Of a DNA stretch of 13,247 bases, positions 1 to 7,553 are shown piece by piece. Position numbers and translations under genes: made by a program. Source of the stretch: Verrucomicrobiota bacterium (GTDB lineage: Bacteria; Verrucomicrobiota; Lentisphaeria; Lentisphaerales; Lentisphaeraceae); assembly GCA_039798785.1 (NCBI GenBank), contig JBDKFG010000097.1, positions 1-13,247 of the forward strand, written 5' to 3'. Each line of letters begins with the position of its first letter. The first letter of the stretch is position 1. The notes beneath the pieces were generated by a model, which worked only from the letters and a program-made list of their open reading frames with translations, made no database searches and was not told the DNA's origin.

Positions 1-51
1 AGGGCTGACTCCTCAAGTGGCGTGTTTGTCTTTGCTTACAAACAACTTGCC

Positions 52-411
52 ATGAGTCAGCCCTTCTTCATCCGGATTCGGCTTCGGAATCCAGGTTCAG
101 TGAATGAGGATGGGGCACGCATGGAATTCCCGAAACTTCTGGCAGGTCAACACGCGGTGCTCGACGTTGAAGTTGACACCGGCATAGTTCTTCGGCTTGA
201 TCATCAACGACACCTAGGGGCTGAAGAAATTTGGCGTGTTTTTCAGACTTTTGCGGAAGCGCAGGAGTTTGCAAAAACAGAAGTAGCCAAACACCCGACC
301 ATCGAGTGTAATATTTATGATGCTACGCAGCTACTGGTGACAACTGTCAGAAACGAGGAATATGTGGCCTCGGCTCAAATCCAGAGGCAGAAAAGGTGGT
401 GGCCGTTTTGA
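52..411 (+). CDS. Hypothetical protein (~119 aa) with a C-terminal basic-aromatic KRWWPF tail
   Basis: Open frame 22..411; ATG at 52 preferred over GTG at 22, but the start is uncertain. GC is about 42-48% in sampled lines versus about 65% in the sulfatase genes. No family recognised. Confidence 0.6.
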   Translation: MSQPFFIRIRLRNPGSVNEDGARMEFPKLLAGQHAVLDVEVDTGIVLRLDHQRHLGAEEIWRVFQTFAEAQEFAKTEVAKHPTIECNIYDATQLLVTTVRNEEYVASAQIQRQKRWWPF

Positions 412-530
412 CCTCAACTGCCCTGCTTTCCTGCCGCACTCCACTGGCTTCTCTCAATTTGGAACAGTGAGAAGTCTACAAAAGCGCTAATCACCACTAA
501 GCTTTGGGTATTGTTTGTTGAGGAGTTTTC

Positions 531-917
531 ATGCCAGTGGTCACAAAGCCCTGCTCTCGCTGTAATGGCCTAGGAAAAATGTTCTTTGGCGAACGAGCAA
601 TGGGAGCGAAAATCGCCTCCTTCCGGAGTTTTCGCTGCGAATGCGGAGTGGCCTGGGAGGAAGATGGCCGTGAATTGCTCTCAGGGGAAGAGCGGGAGCT
701 TGAGTTGCGCGAGAATGGGCGATGGCTTCTGGCAGTGAATCCTCTCCATCAAGTGCAAGCAGCAGCTGTCCTCAGGAAGGTCATCGGCGGAACCCCTGCA
801 CAAGCGCTGTCGCGCGTGAAGGAAGGCCTCTCGGGGACTTCGGCGGAAATGCAGCGAATTCAGTTCATCTTTGATCACGAAGCTACCATCGAATCACATC
901 TCACGCGCCAGGGCTAG
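531..917 (+). CDS. Hypothetical protein (128 aa) with an N-terminal putative Zn-ribbon (CSRC...CEC)
   Basis: GAGGAG RBS at 520-525 before ATG 531; Cys motifs CxxC and CxC; helical-looking C-terminal half. Confidence 0.75.
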   Translation: MPVVTKPCSRCNGLGKMFFGERAMGAKIASFRSFRCECGVAWEEDGRELLSGEERELELRENGRWLLAVNPLHQVQAAAVLRKVIGGTPAQALSRVKEGLSGTSAEMQRIQFIFDHEATIESHLTRQG

Positions 918-953
918 AAGATGAGGGTGGGTTCAATTGTCCCGCATCTTCTT

Positions 954-1180
954 GCCCCGGAGGGGCAGCTGGCAGATAGCCCAGGGTGTAGCCCGAGGAA
1001 CGAGGGCAAACCCTGGGTGCAATGCCGTGTCGGCTTGAGCCCCGGAGGGGCGTCCAGAATGAGCTCGGCGCATTCGGATCGCCCTTTCAGGGCTCAGGCT
1101 CATGGATAAGGCTACCCAGGGTTTGCGACTCGTGCCTCGTCGCTACACCCTGGGCTGACATCCGGCCGCCCTTCCAGGGC
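954..1180. repeat. Large imperfect palindrome with nested hairpins (REPIN/MITE-like non-autonomous element)
   Basis: Paired arms: GCCCCGGAGGGGC 954-966 with GCCCTTCCAGGGC 1168-1180; AGCCCAGGGTGTAGC 978-992 with GCTACACCCTGGGCT 1142-1156 (perfect); GCAAACCCTGGGT 1006-1018 with ACCCAGGGTTTGC 1114-1126 (perfect); TGAGCCCCGGAGGGGCG 1036-1052 with CGCCCTTTCAGGGCTCA 1080-1096. Confidence 0.85.
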
Positions 1181-1224
1181 GCAGTCCAAATTGCGCAACT
1201 GGCAAAATTACAGCACGAACCGCC

Positions 1225-1248
1225 CTCGATCGGGACGATCGAGCCACA
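1225..1248 (-). repeat. REP singlet, GTGG-hairpin type (TGTGG-CTCGATCG-TCC-CGATCGAG)
   Basis: Minus-strand reading gives GTGG followed by a perfect 8-bp stem with a TCC loop. Exact reverse complement of 12005-12028. Confidence 0.85.
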
Positions 1249-1338
1249 TCGGCAGCGGCACGAGCCAACTCTTTTGGCAAAGCTTGTAAGAATCCGCCGC
1301 GACCCCGACTACCACAGGCAACAGCCCAGGAGTCTCTC

Positions 1339-2835
1339 ATGCGATTGCTGACCCTTTCCCTGCTGCTTCTCACCGGCCTCCTCTGCCCGGCGGAGGAGCA
1401 GGCGCCGCCGCAGCGCCCCAACATCGTCATCATCTACGCGGACGACCTCGGCGTCATGGACAGCTCCGTCGCCGGCAGCAAGCTCTACGAGACTCCGAAC
1501 ATCGACCGCCTCGCCAAGGAAGGGATGAGCTTCGCCCAGGCCTACAGCGCCTTCCCGCGCTGCGTCCCTTCCCGCCAGGCCCTGCTCTCCGGCAAATATC
1601 CCTGCCGCCTCGAAGCCGCCTCCGGTCGCAAGGAGCATTCGCTGCCTTTGGCCGAGACCAGCTTCGGCGAAGCTCTGAAAAACGCCGGCTACGACACCAC
1701 CTACATCGGTAAATGGCACCTCGGCCACGATGCCGCCGGCTACCCCGACAAACAGGGCTTCACCACCGCCATCCACACCGGCTCCGCCGGCGCCACCGAC
1801 AACTACTTCTTCCCCTTCCAGCCCGAGAAGAAGCACGAAGTGATCAACCCGGTCTCCGGCAAGGACGGCGACTATCTCACCGACCTGCTCACCCAGGCCG
1901 CGGTGCAGAAGATCCGCGACTCCAGGAAGGAAAGCCCCTTCCTCATCGTCCTCGCCCATTACGCCGTGCACACCCCCTTCCAGGCCAAGCCGGAGCTGGT
2001 CGCCAAGTACCAGGCCAAGCTCAAGGCCCTCGGCCTCGCCGAAGGCGGCCTCAAGGATGACGCCGACTTCAAGCTCGACGGCTCCGGCTACGCCAAGACG
2101 GTGCAGAACAACGCGGTCTACGCCGCCATGCTCGAAAGCCTCGACCAGAGCGTCGGCGCGATCGAGGCCGCCCTCAAGGCGAAGGGCCTGGAGAAGAACA
2201 CCGTCATCCTCTTCAGTTCCGACCACGGCGGCCTCTCCAGCCGCGGCCTGAAGAACAAGCGGCCGGTCGCCACCAGCAATCTCCCCTACCGCCACGGCAA
2301 GGGCTGGGTCTACGAGGGCGGCATCCGCGTCCCGCTGATCGTCAAATGGCCGGGGCATGTCGCCGCCGGGGCGGTGTCGCAAGTGCAGGTCACCGGCACC
2401 GACCATTTCCCCACTCTCCTGCAGCTCGCCGGCCTGCCCCTGATGCCGCAGCAGCACCTCGATGGCCAGAGCTACTTCCCCGCCCTGCAGGGCAAGAGCT
2501 ACCAGCGCGGCCCGATGTTCTGGTACTCCCACACCGCCCGTCCCACCAGCACCGGCGACCTTCCCGGCATGGCTTGGATCGAGGGGCACCACAAGATCCT
2601 GGAATGGTTCGACGACGGCCGCGTCGAGCTCTTCGACCTGGCCAAGGATCCCGGCGAACAGCACGACCTCGCCAAGGAACAGCCCGCCCTCTGCGCCGAA
2701 CTTCTCAAGAAGATGCGCGACTTCGAAGCCGGCATCGGCGGCGACCTGCGCGCCAAGGGCAAGGAAGCCACCTACAAACGCATCGAGAAAAAGGGCGAAG
2801 CCAAGGGCAAGAAGGCCGATGGCGACGGGGAATGA
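1339..2835 (+). CDS. Secreted formylglycine-dependent sulfatase (family S1, arylsulfatase/GALNS-like), 498 aa
   Basis: N-terminal signal peptide; PNIVIIYADDLG, CVPSRQALLSG (CxPxR), GKWHLG, SDHGG, GKGWVYEGGIRVP and ELFDLAKDPGE motifs; AGGAG RBS upstream. Confidence 0.95.
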   Translation: MRLLTLSLLLLTGLLCPAEEQAPPQRPNIVIIYADDLGVMDSSVAGSKLYETPNIDRLAKEGMSFAQAYSAFPRCVPSRQALLSGKYPCRLEAASGRKEHSLPLAETSFGEALKNAGYDTTYIGKWHLGHDAAGYPDKQGFTTAIHTGSAGATDNYFFPFQPEKKHEVINPVSGKDGDYLTDLLTQAAVQKIRDSRKESPFLIVLAHYAVHTPFQAKPELVAKYQAKLKALGLAEGGLKDDADFKLDGSGYAKTVQNNAVYAAMLESLDQSVGAIEAALKAKGLEKNTVILFSSDHGGLSSRGLKNKRPVATSNLPYRHGKGWVYEGGIRVPLIVKWPGHVAAGAVSQVQVTGTDHFPTLLQLAGLPLMPQQHLDGQSYFPALQGKSYQRGPMFWYSHTARPTSTGDLPGMAWIEGHHKILEWFDDGRVELFDLAKDPGEQHDLAKEQPALCAELLKKMRDFEAGIGGDLRAKGKEATYKRIEKKGEAKGKKADGDGE

Positions 2836-2851
2836 GCTTGAACCCAAGTAA

Positions 2852-2923
2852 AATGTGGGAGGCCGCCTCCGGCGGGCGATTGTCACTCTTCTCTGTCGCC
2901 CGCCGGAGGCGGCCTCCCACATT
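2852..2923. repeat. REP doublet (REPIN): perfect 28-bp inverted repeat with a 16-nt spacer
   Basis: AATGTGGGAGGCCGCCTCCGGCGGGCGA (2852-2879) and its exact reverse complement (2896-2923). Each arm has GTGG followed by an internal hairpin CCGCC-TCC-GGCGG. Confidence 0.9.
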
Positions 2924-2963
2924 GTCATGCAGCTCAGCCCCTCAGCCCCTCAGGAGTCTTCGC

Positions 2964-4802
2964 ATGCCACGCTCTCTCCTTGCTTTTCTTGCATCGCTCC
3001 TCCTCTCCCCCTCCCTCTTCGCCGCCGAAGCTCCTGTGGAGCAGGCCAAGCCGGGAGAGCGCCCGAACATCCTCTGGCTGGTGAGCGAGGACAACACCAC
3101 TCTGCTCGGCTGCTACGGCGAGCCCCTGGCCCGCACGCCGGTGCTCGATGCCCTGGCCGCCCGCGGCGTCCTCTTCGAGCAGTGCCGCGCCCACCCCATC
3201 TGCGCCCCTTCGCGCTTCACCTTGATCAGCGGCATGAGCCCGGTGAGCTGCGGTCCGGCCGAGCACATGCGCGCCGCGGGACGCCTGCCGCCCGGCTTCC
3301 AGGCCTTCCCCGCCCTGCTCCGCCAGGCCGGCTATTTCACCTGCAACAACGCCAAGACCGACTACAACGCCGCGGTCGACCTGAAGGCCACTTGGGACCA
3401 GTGCGGCGGCAAGGCCCACTACCGCCAGGCCAAGCCCGGCCAGCCCTTCTTCGCCGTCTTCAACGACGAAACCACCCATGAAAGCAAGATCTTCGAGCGC
3501 GGCGCCAGCACGGTCGATCCCGCCCGCATCCGCGTTCCCGCCTATCAGCCCGACACCCTCGAGATCCGCGCCGACTGGGCCTGGTATCACAGCCTGGTCA
3601 GCCGCATGGACGCCCGGGCCGGCGAGCGTCTCGCCGAGCTCGAGGCCTCGGGTCGCGCCGCCGACACCATCGTCTTCTACTACGGCGACAACGGCGGCGT
3701 GCTGCCGCGTTCGAAGCGCTTCCTCGAGAACAGCGGCACCCGCGTGCCCCTGATCGTCTACTTCCCGCCGAAATGGCGCCACCTCGCCCCTGCCGCTCCT
3801 GGCTCACGGATCGCCACCGCCGTCGGCTTCGACGACTTCGCCCCCACCGTGCTCGCCCTCGTCGGCCTGCCGCAGCCGGAGCTGATGCGCGGCCGTCCCT
3901 TCGCCGGTGCGCCCCGTCCCGCCCCCGCCGGCGCCAAGCCCGCCGGACTCGCCTTCGTCAGCCGCGACCGCGCCGACGAGTTCTACGATCTGCGCCGCTC
4001 GGTCTGTGACGGCCGCTGGCTCTACATCCGCAATTTCCGTCCCGACATCCCCTTCATCCAGCCGCTTGCCTACATGTTCAAGGCCAAGGGCTACCAGTCC
4101 TGGAGGGAGCTCGCCGAGAGCGGCAAGCTCGACGCCGCCACCTCGATGTTCTGGGGCGCCAAGCCCGCCGAGCAGCTCTACGACCTCCAGGCGGACCCCG
4201 ACAACCTGCACAACCTCGCAAAGGATCCTTCCTGCGCCGGAGTCCGCGCCCGCCTCAGCGCCGCTCTTGCGACCGAGGTCCTCGCCAGCGGCGACAACGG
4301 CTTCATGCCCGAGGGTTCCGATCACGAGGGCTACGCCGCCTCGCGCCGTCCCGGCGTCTATCCCTTGGAGCGCGACTACGCCCTCGCGGTGGCCGCCGCG
4401 GAGCGTTCGCCCGCGCATCTGCCCGCCTTCCGCGCCGCGCTCGGCGACCAGACCGAGGCGATGCGCTGGTGGGCCTGCCAGGGCTGCGCCCTGCTCGCCG
4501 CCGCCGCCGCTCCAGCCCGGGATGAGCTGCGCCCCCTGCTCCGCGACGCCTCCGGCGCGGTGCGCGTCGCCGCCGCCGAGGCCTTGCTGATCCTCGGCCC
4601 CGATGCCGAAGCCCTCGAAGCCCTGCGCGGCCAGCTTGCGGACTCCGCCAATCCCTGGTTCCGCCTGCAGGCCCTCAACGTCATCCACCGCCTCCGTCTC
4701 GCCGGCGCCTTTTCCGCCGAACTGCAGCGCCTCGGAGCCGCGCCGCCGGCCAAGGGCCAGCCGAGCTACGGCTACGACCTGGCCAGGCAGCTCCTTCCGT
4801 GA
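2964..4802 (+). CDS. Secreted sulfatase (S1, SGSH/N-sulfoglucosamine sulfohydrolase-like) with a C-terminal HEAT-like repeat domain, 612 aa
   Basis: AGGAG RBS at 2952-2956 before ATG 2964, then a signal peptide; PNILWLVSEDN, CAPSRFTLISG, NNAKTDYN, GDNGG and EQLYDLQADP motifs; C-terminal 'MRWWACQG' and 'LLRDASGAVRVAAAEAL' HEAT-like units. The ORF-track start at 2346 is an artefactual extension. Confidence 0.93.
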   Translation: MPRSLLAFLASLLLSPSLFAAEAPVEQAKPGERPNILWLVSEDNTTLLGCYGEPLARTPVLDALAARGVLFEQCRAHPICAPSRFTLISGMSPVSCGPAEHMRAAGRLPPGFQAFPALLRQAGYFTCNNAKTDYNAAVDLKATWDQCGGKAHYRQAKPGQPFFAVFNDETTHESKIFERGASTVDPARIRVPAYQPDTLEIRADWAWYHSLVSRMDARAGERLAELEASGRAADTIVFYYGDNGGVLPRSKRFLENSGTRVPLIVYFPPKWRHLAPAAPGSRIATAVGFDDFAPTVLALVGLPQPELMRGRPFAGAPRPAPAGAKPAGLAFVSRDRADEFYDLRRSVCDGRWLYIRNFRPDIPFIQPLAYMFKAKGYQSWRELAESGKLDAATSMFWGAKPAEQLYDLQADPDNLHNLAKDPSCAGVRARLSAALATEVLASGDNGFMPEGSDHEGYAASRRPGVYPLERDYALAVAAAERSPAHLPAFRAALGDQTEAMRWWACQGCALLAAAAAPARDELRPLLRDASGAVRVAAAEALLILGPDAEALEALRGQLADSANPWFRLQALNVIHRLRLAGAFSAELQRLGAAPPAKGQPSYGYDLARQLLP

Positions 4803-4811
4803 GAGACTAAA

Positions 4812-5252
4812 CTAAATCGCCGGCGTCTTCGGCCGGAACACCGTCAGACGCGAGCTGCCGAGGGAGATTTTCTCGCGCCAGACCTGGCACTCGAAGGAGG
4901 CGATGTCGCTATCGACGAATCCCGAGCGGACCTCGATTTGCAGAGCATCGCCGAGGCGCATGGGCGGGAAATCCAGGTTCAGGCTGCGGGTGCCGAGGAG
5001 GTAGCCGATTCCCGGATCCCTAGCTTGGCGAAGGTCGTTCCATCCGACCCAGCAGGCGATCGACTGCGCCATGATCTCGAGGATCGCCTCCGGCGGGAGG
5101 GTGAGATCACGGCGCAGGAAGGGATTTCCAGCGCCGATCTCCGCCTCGACACAGCCACCGGATTCATCGGCGGAGAGGAGGCGAGACACCATCAGCATTG
5201 GCGGCCGCTGCGGCGCCAGGCGGGCCGCGTCGATCGGGAAGTCCAGAGTCAT
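4812..5252 (-). CDS. ApeP-like hot-dog fold 3-hydroxyacyl-ACP dehydratase subunit, 146 aa
   Basis: MTLDFPIDAARLAPQRPPMLMVSRL...LEIMAQSIACWVG...GYLLGTR...LTVFRP matches the ApeP-type pattern (PxxxPM, ExMAQ, GxLLGTR). Its ATG overlaps the tyrS TGA (TGATG). It lies in the 3' part of the 4812..5933 ORF. Confidence 0.85.
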   Translation of the reverse strand: MTLDFPIDAARLAPQRPPMLMVSRLLSADESGGCVEAEIGAGNPFLRRDLTLPPEAILEIMAQSIACWVGWNDLRQARDPGIGYLLGTRSLNLDFPPMRLGDALQIEVRSGFVDSDIASFECQVWREKISLGSSRLTVFRPKTPAI

Positions 5253-6532
5253 CAGCCGAAGCGGACGACTTTGAAGTCTTTCTTGCCCTTGCGGACGACG
5301 AGGAAGCGGCCGTAGAGCAGGTCGGCGGCGGCGGGTTTCCAACGCTCGTCGGGGACTTTGACGTTGTTGCAGGCGACGCCTCCGGGCTTGACCAGGTTGC
5401 GGGCCTCGGAGCTGGATTTGACCAGGCCGCTGTCGACCATGATCTGGAGGATGCCCTGGACCTCGTCGAGCGAGGCGTAGACCTTGCCTTCGGTGGCTTC
5501 GACGAGGGCGCTCAGGGTGGCTTCGTCGACCGAGCTGATCTCGCCTTGGCCGAAGAGGGCGGCGGCGGCGGCTTCGGCCTGGGCCGTGGCTTCCTGGCCG
5601 TGGATCAGGTTGGTCATCTCCTGCGCCAGTCGGCGTTGCGCAGTCCGCAAATGCGGCGCCTCGGTCGTGGCCTTCTCGAGCTCGGCGATCTGCTCCTGGT
5701 CGAGGAAGGTGAAGAGCTTGAGGAAGCGGCAGGCGTCGGCGTCGGCGGCGTTGAACCAGTACTGGTAGAACTCGTAGGGGCAGGTCTTCTTCGGGTCGAG
5801 CCAGATCGCGCCGCGTTCGGACTTGCCGAACTTCTTGCCGTCGGCGGTGGTGATCAGGGGCAGGGTGAGGCAGTGGGCTTCGCCGCCGCCTTTGCGGCGG
5901 ACCAGCTCCATCCCGGCGGTCATGTTGCCCCACTGGTCGCTGCCGCCGATCTGCAGGGTGCAGCCGAATTCCTTGAAGAGGTGGTAGAAGTCATACCCCT
6001 GGAGGATCATGTAACTGAACTCGGTGTAGCTGATCCCGGCGTTGCTGCCCTCGAGCCGGGCGGAGACCGAGTCCTTCGCCATCATCGCGTTGACCGAGAA
6101 GAACTTGCCGATGTCGCGCAAGTAGGTGATCAGGTCGATCTTGCTGGTCCAGTCGTAGTTGTTGACCATCGTGCCGCGGCCGGGCGTCAGGTCGACGATG
6201 CGGGCGAGCTGCTGGCGGATGCCGACGAGGTTTTTCTCGACGCTTTCGGGAGTCTGGAGGTTGCGTTCGGCGCTTTTGCCGGAGGGGTCGCCGATCAGGC
6301 CGGTGGCGCCGCCGGCGAGGGGCAGGGCGGTGTGACCGAAGTCCTGGAAACGGCGCAGGGCGATGAGGGGGACGAGGTTGCCGACGTGGAGGGAGTCGGA
6401 GGTCGGGTCGAAGCCGGCGTAGACGGTGATCTTGTGATCGCTGAGGTATTGGCGCAGGCCTTCGGCGCCGGACTCCTGGAAGATCAGGCCGCGCCATTTC
6501 AATTCGTCGTGGATGTTGCCGGGACGGGACAT
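5252..6532 (-). CDS. tyrS: Tyrosine--tRNA ligase, 426 aa
   Basis: YAGFDPTSDSLHVGN (HIGH), QIGGSDQWGN, KFGKS (KMSKS), FYQYW and a C-terminal S4 domain (SSSEARNLVKPGGV...RKGKK). GAGGAG RBS upstream of ATG 6532. Confidence 0.98.
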   Translation of the reverse strand: MSRPGNIHDELKWRGLIFQESGAEGLRQYLSDHKITVYAGFDPTSDSLHVGNLVPLIALRRFQDFGHTALPLAGGATGLIGDPSGKSAERNLQTPESVEKNLVGIRQQLARIVDLTPGRGTMVNNYDWTSKIDLITYLRDIGKFFSVNAMMAKDSVSARLEGSNAGISYTEFSYMILQGYDFYHLFKEFGCTLQIGGSDQWGNMTAGMELVRRKGGGEAHCLTLPLITTADGKKFGKSERGAIWLDPKKTCPYEFYQYWFNAADADACRFLKLFTFLDQEQIAELEKATTEAPHLRTAQRRLAQEMTNLIHGQEATAQAEAAAAALFGQGEISSVDEATLSALVEATEGKVYASLDEVQGILQIMVDSGLVKSSSEARNLVKPGGVACNNVKVPDERWKPAAADLLYGRFLVVRKGKKDFKVVRFG

Positions 6533-6632
6533 GCTGGGACTCCTCAAGAGATTTTCGTGTGTGCGCGCCAAACTTAGCGGCGGCTGGCGCTTCGCAAACC
6601 GGGCAAGACGCATTTCCGCGGCGGAACTTGGG

Positions 6633-6660
6633 TTGAAAGGCGCGGCCGCCGTCCTAGGGT
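6633..6660 (+). promoter_or_regulatory. Possible sigma70-type promoter for the methyltransferase gene
   Basis: TTGAAA (6633-6638), 16-nt spacer, TAGGGT (6655-6660) in the divergent tyrS/methyltransferase intergenic region. Confidence 0.3.
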
Positions 6661-6685
6661 CGCGGCAACGCAGCGGAGACCGAGC

Positions 6686-7486
6686 ATGAATCCCCCCGAG
6701 CCTCTATCCATCGAAGACGCGCCGCACTGGCTGGAGATCTTCCGCGATCTCTACGGCAAACGCGGCCTGATCACCCTGCCCGACGGCTCGCCGGGCTTCA
6801 TCTGCGAGGGCCGCATCCTGGTCCAGCAGGCGCTCGGGGCGCATCGCCAGGGCGAGCTCGAGGTGGTGTCGATCCTGGCCAGTCCCTCCGGCTTTACCGG
6901 GCTGGAGATCCCGGCGGCAATCGAGAAGCTGGCGGCCTCGGCGGACTTCATCGCGGCGCTCGCCGGCTTCACCTTCCACCGCGGCCAGATCGCCTGCCTG
7001 CGCATCCCGCCGCCCAAGCCGGTGCCGCCCCTCGCCCGCCGCCTCCTCGTCCTGCCCGAACTGGTCGACTTCGAAAACCTCGCCCTGCTGCTGCGCAGCG
7101 CCGCCGGCCTCGGGGTCGACGGCGTCTACTGCGGCCGCGGCCCGGAACTCTTCGACCGCCGCGTCGTCCGGGTGTCGATGGGCGCCTGCTGGCGCATCCC
7201 GGTGAGCCGTCCCGAGGACCTGCTCGGCGAAGTGGCGGCCTGGCGGCGCCGGGTGGCGGGCCAGGTCTGGGCGGCGGCCTTGCGTCCCGGCGCGGTGGAT
7301 TCGCGTCTTTGGGATCCTGGCGAGCACCACGCCCTGGTCTTGGGGCAGGAGGGCCCGGGCCTGCCGCCGGAGTGGCTCGACTTCGCCGACGGCTGCGTCT
7401 GCATCCCGATGGCGCCGGGCGTCGACTCCCTCAACGTCGCGGCGGCCGGGGCGATCCTGCTGCACGCGGGGCTGCCGCGGCCGTGA
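6686..7486 (+). CDS. TrmH/SpoU (SPOUT) family RNA 2'-O-methyltransferase, 266 aa
   Basis: FICEG, DFENLALLLRSAAGLG, RRVVRVSMG, LVLGQEGPGL and IPMAPGVDSLNVAAAGAILL motifs. Confidence 0.93.
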   Translation: MNPPEPLSIEDAPHWLEIFRDLYGKRGLITLPDGSPGFICEGRILVQQALGAHRQGELEVVSILASPSGFTGLEIPAAIEKLAASADFIAALAGFTFHRGQIACLRIPPPKPVPPLARRLLVLPELVDFENLALLLRSAAGLGVDGVYCGRGPELFDRRVVRVSMGACWRIPVSRPEDLLGEVAAWRRRVAGQVWAAALRPGAVDSRLWDPGEHHALVLGQEGPGLPPEWLDFADGCVCIPMAPGVDSLNVAAAGAILLHAGLPRP

Positions 7487-7487
7487 A

Positions 7488-7514
7488 CGGAAGCCGGAGG
7501 AATTCCGGCTTCCG
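7488..7514. other. Perfect 11-bp stem-loop immediately after the methyltransferase stop codon
   Basis: CGGAAGCCGGA-GGAAT-TCCGGCTTCCG. No poly-U tract follows, so a terminator role is uncertain. Confidence 0.6.
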
Positions 7515-7553
7515 GGATTAGATTCCGGGCCAAACACAAAAGGCACAGTTTCC

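Noticed and set aside
412..530. Possible integron attC site between the small ORFs
   Set aside because: No RYYYAAC...GTTRRRY pair with internal symmetry was found.
921..1433. Small ORFs 921..1109, 1022..1351 and 1143..1433
   Set aside because: They run through the palindromic repeat elements and show no protein-like features.
1309..2928. 539-aa minus-strand ORF
   Set aside because: Antisense shadow of the sulfatase caused by high-GC codon bias; no recognisable motifs.
2346..2963. N-terminal 206-aa extension of the 818-aa ORF
   Set aside because: Overlaps sulfatase 1 in another frame, is Arg/Pro-rich and crosses a REP. The RBS and signal peptide place the start at 2964.
5253..5933. N-terminal part of the 373-aa minus ORF
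   Set aside because: Alternative-frame overlap with tyrS; only 4812..5252 is the real dehydratase.
5198..6577. 459-aa plus-strand ORF
   Set aside because: Antisense shadow of tyrS.
6533..6685. T-box riboswitch upstream of tyrS
   Set aside because: The intergenic region is only about 150 nt, is shared with a divergent gene, and lacks the T-box consensus and a terminator.
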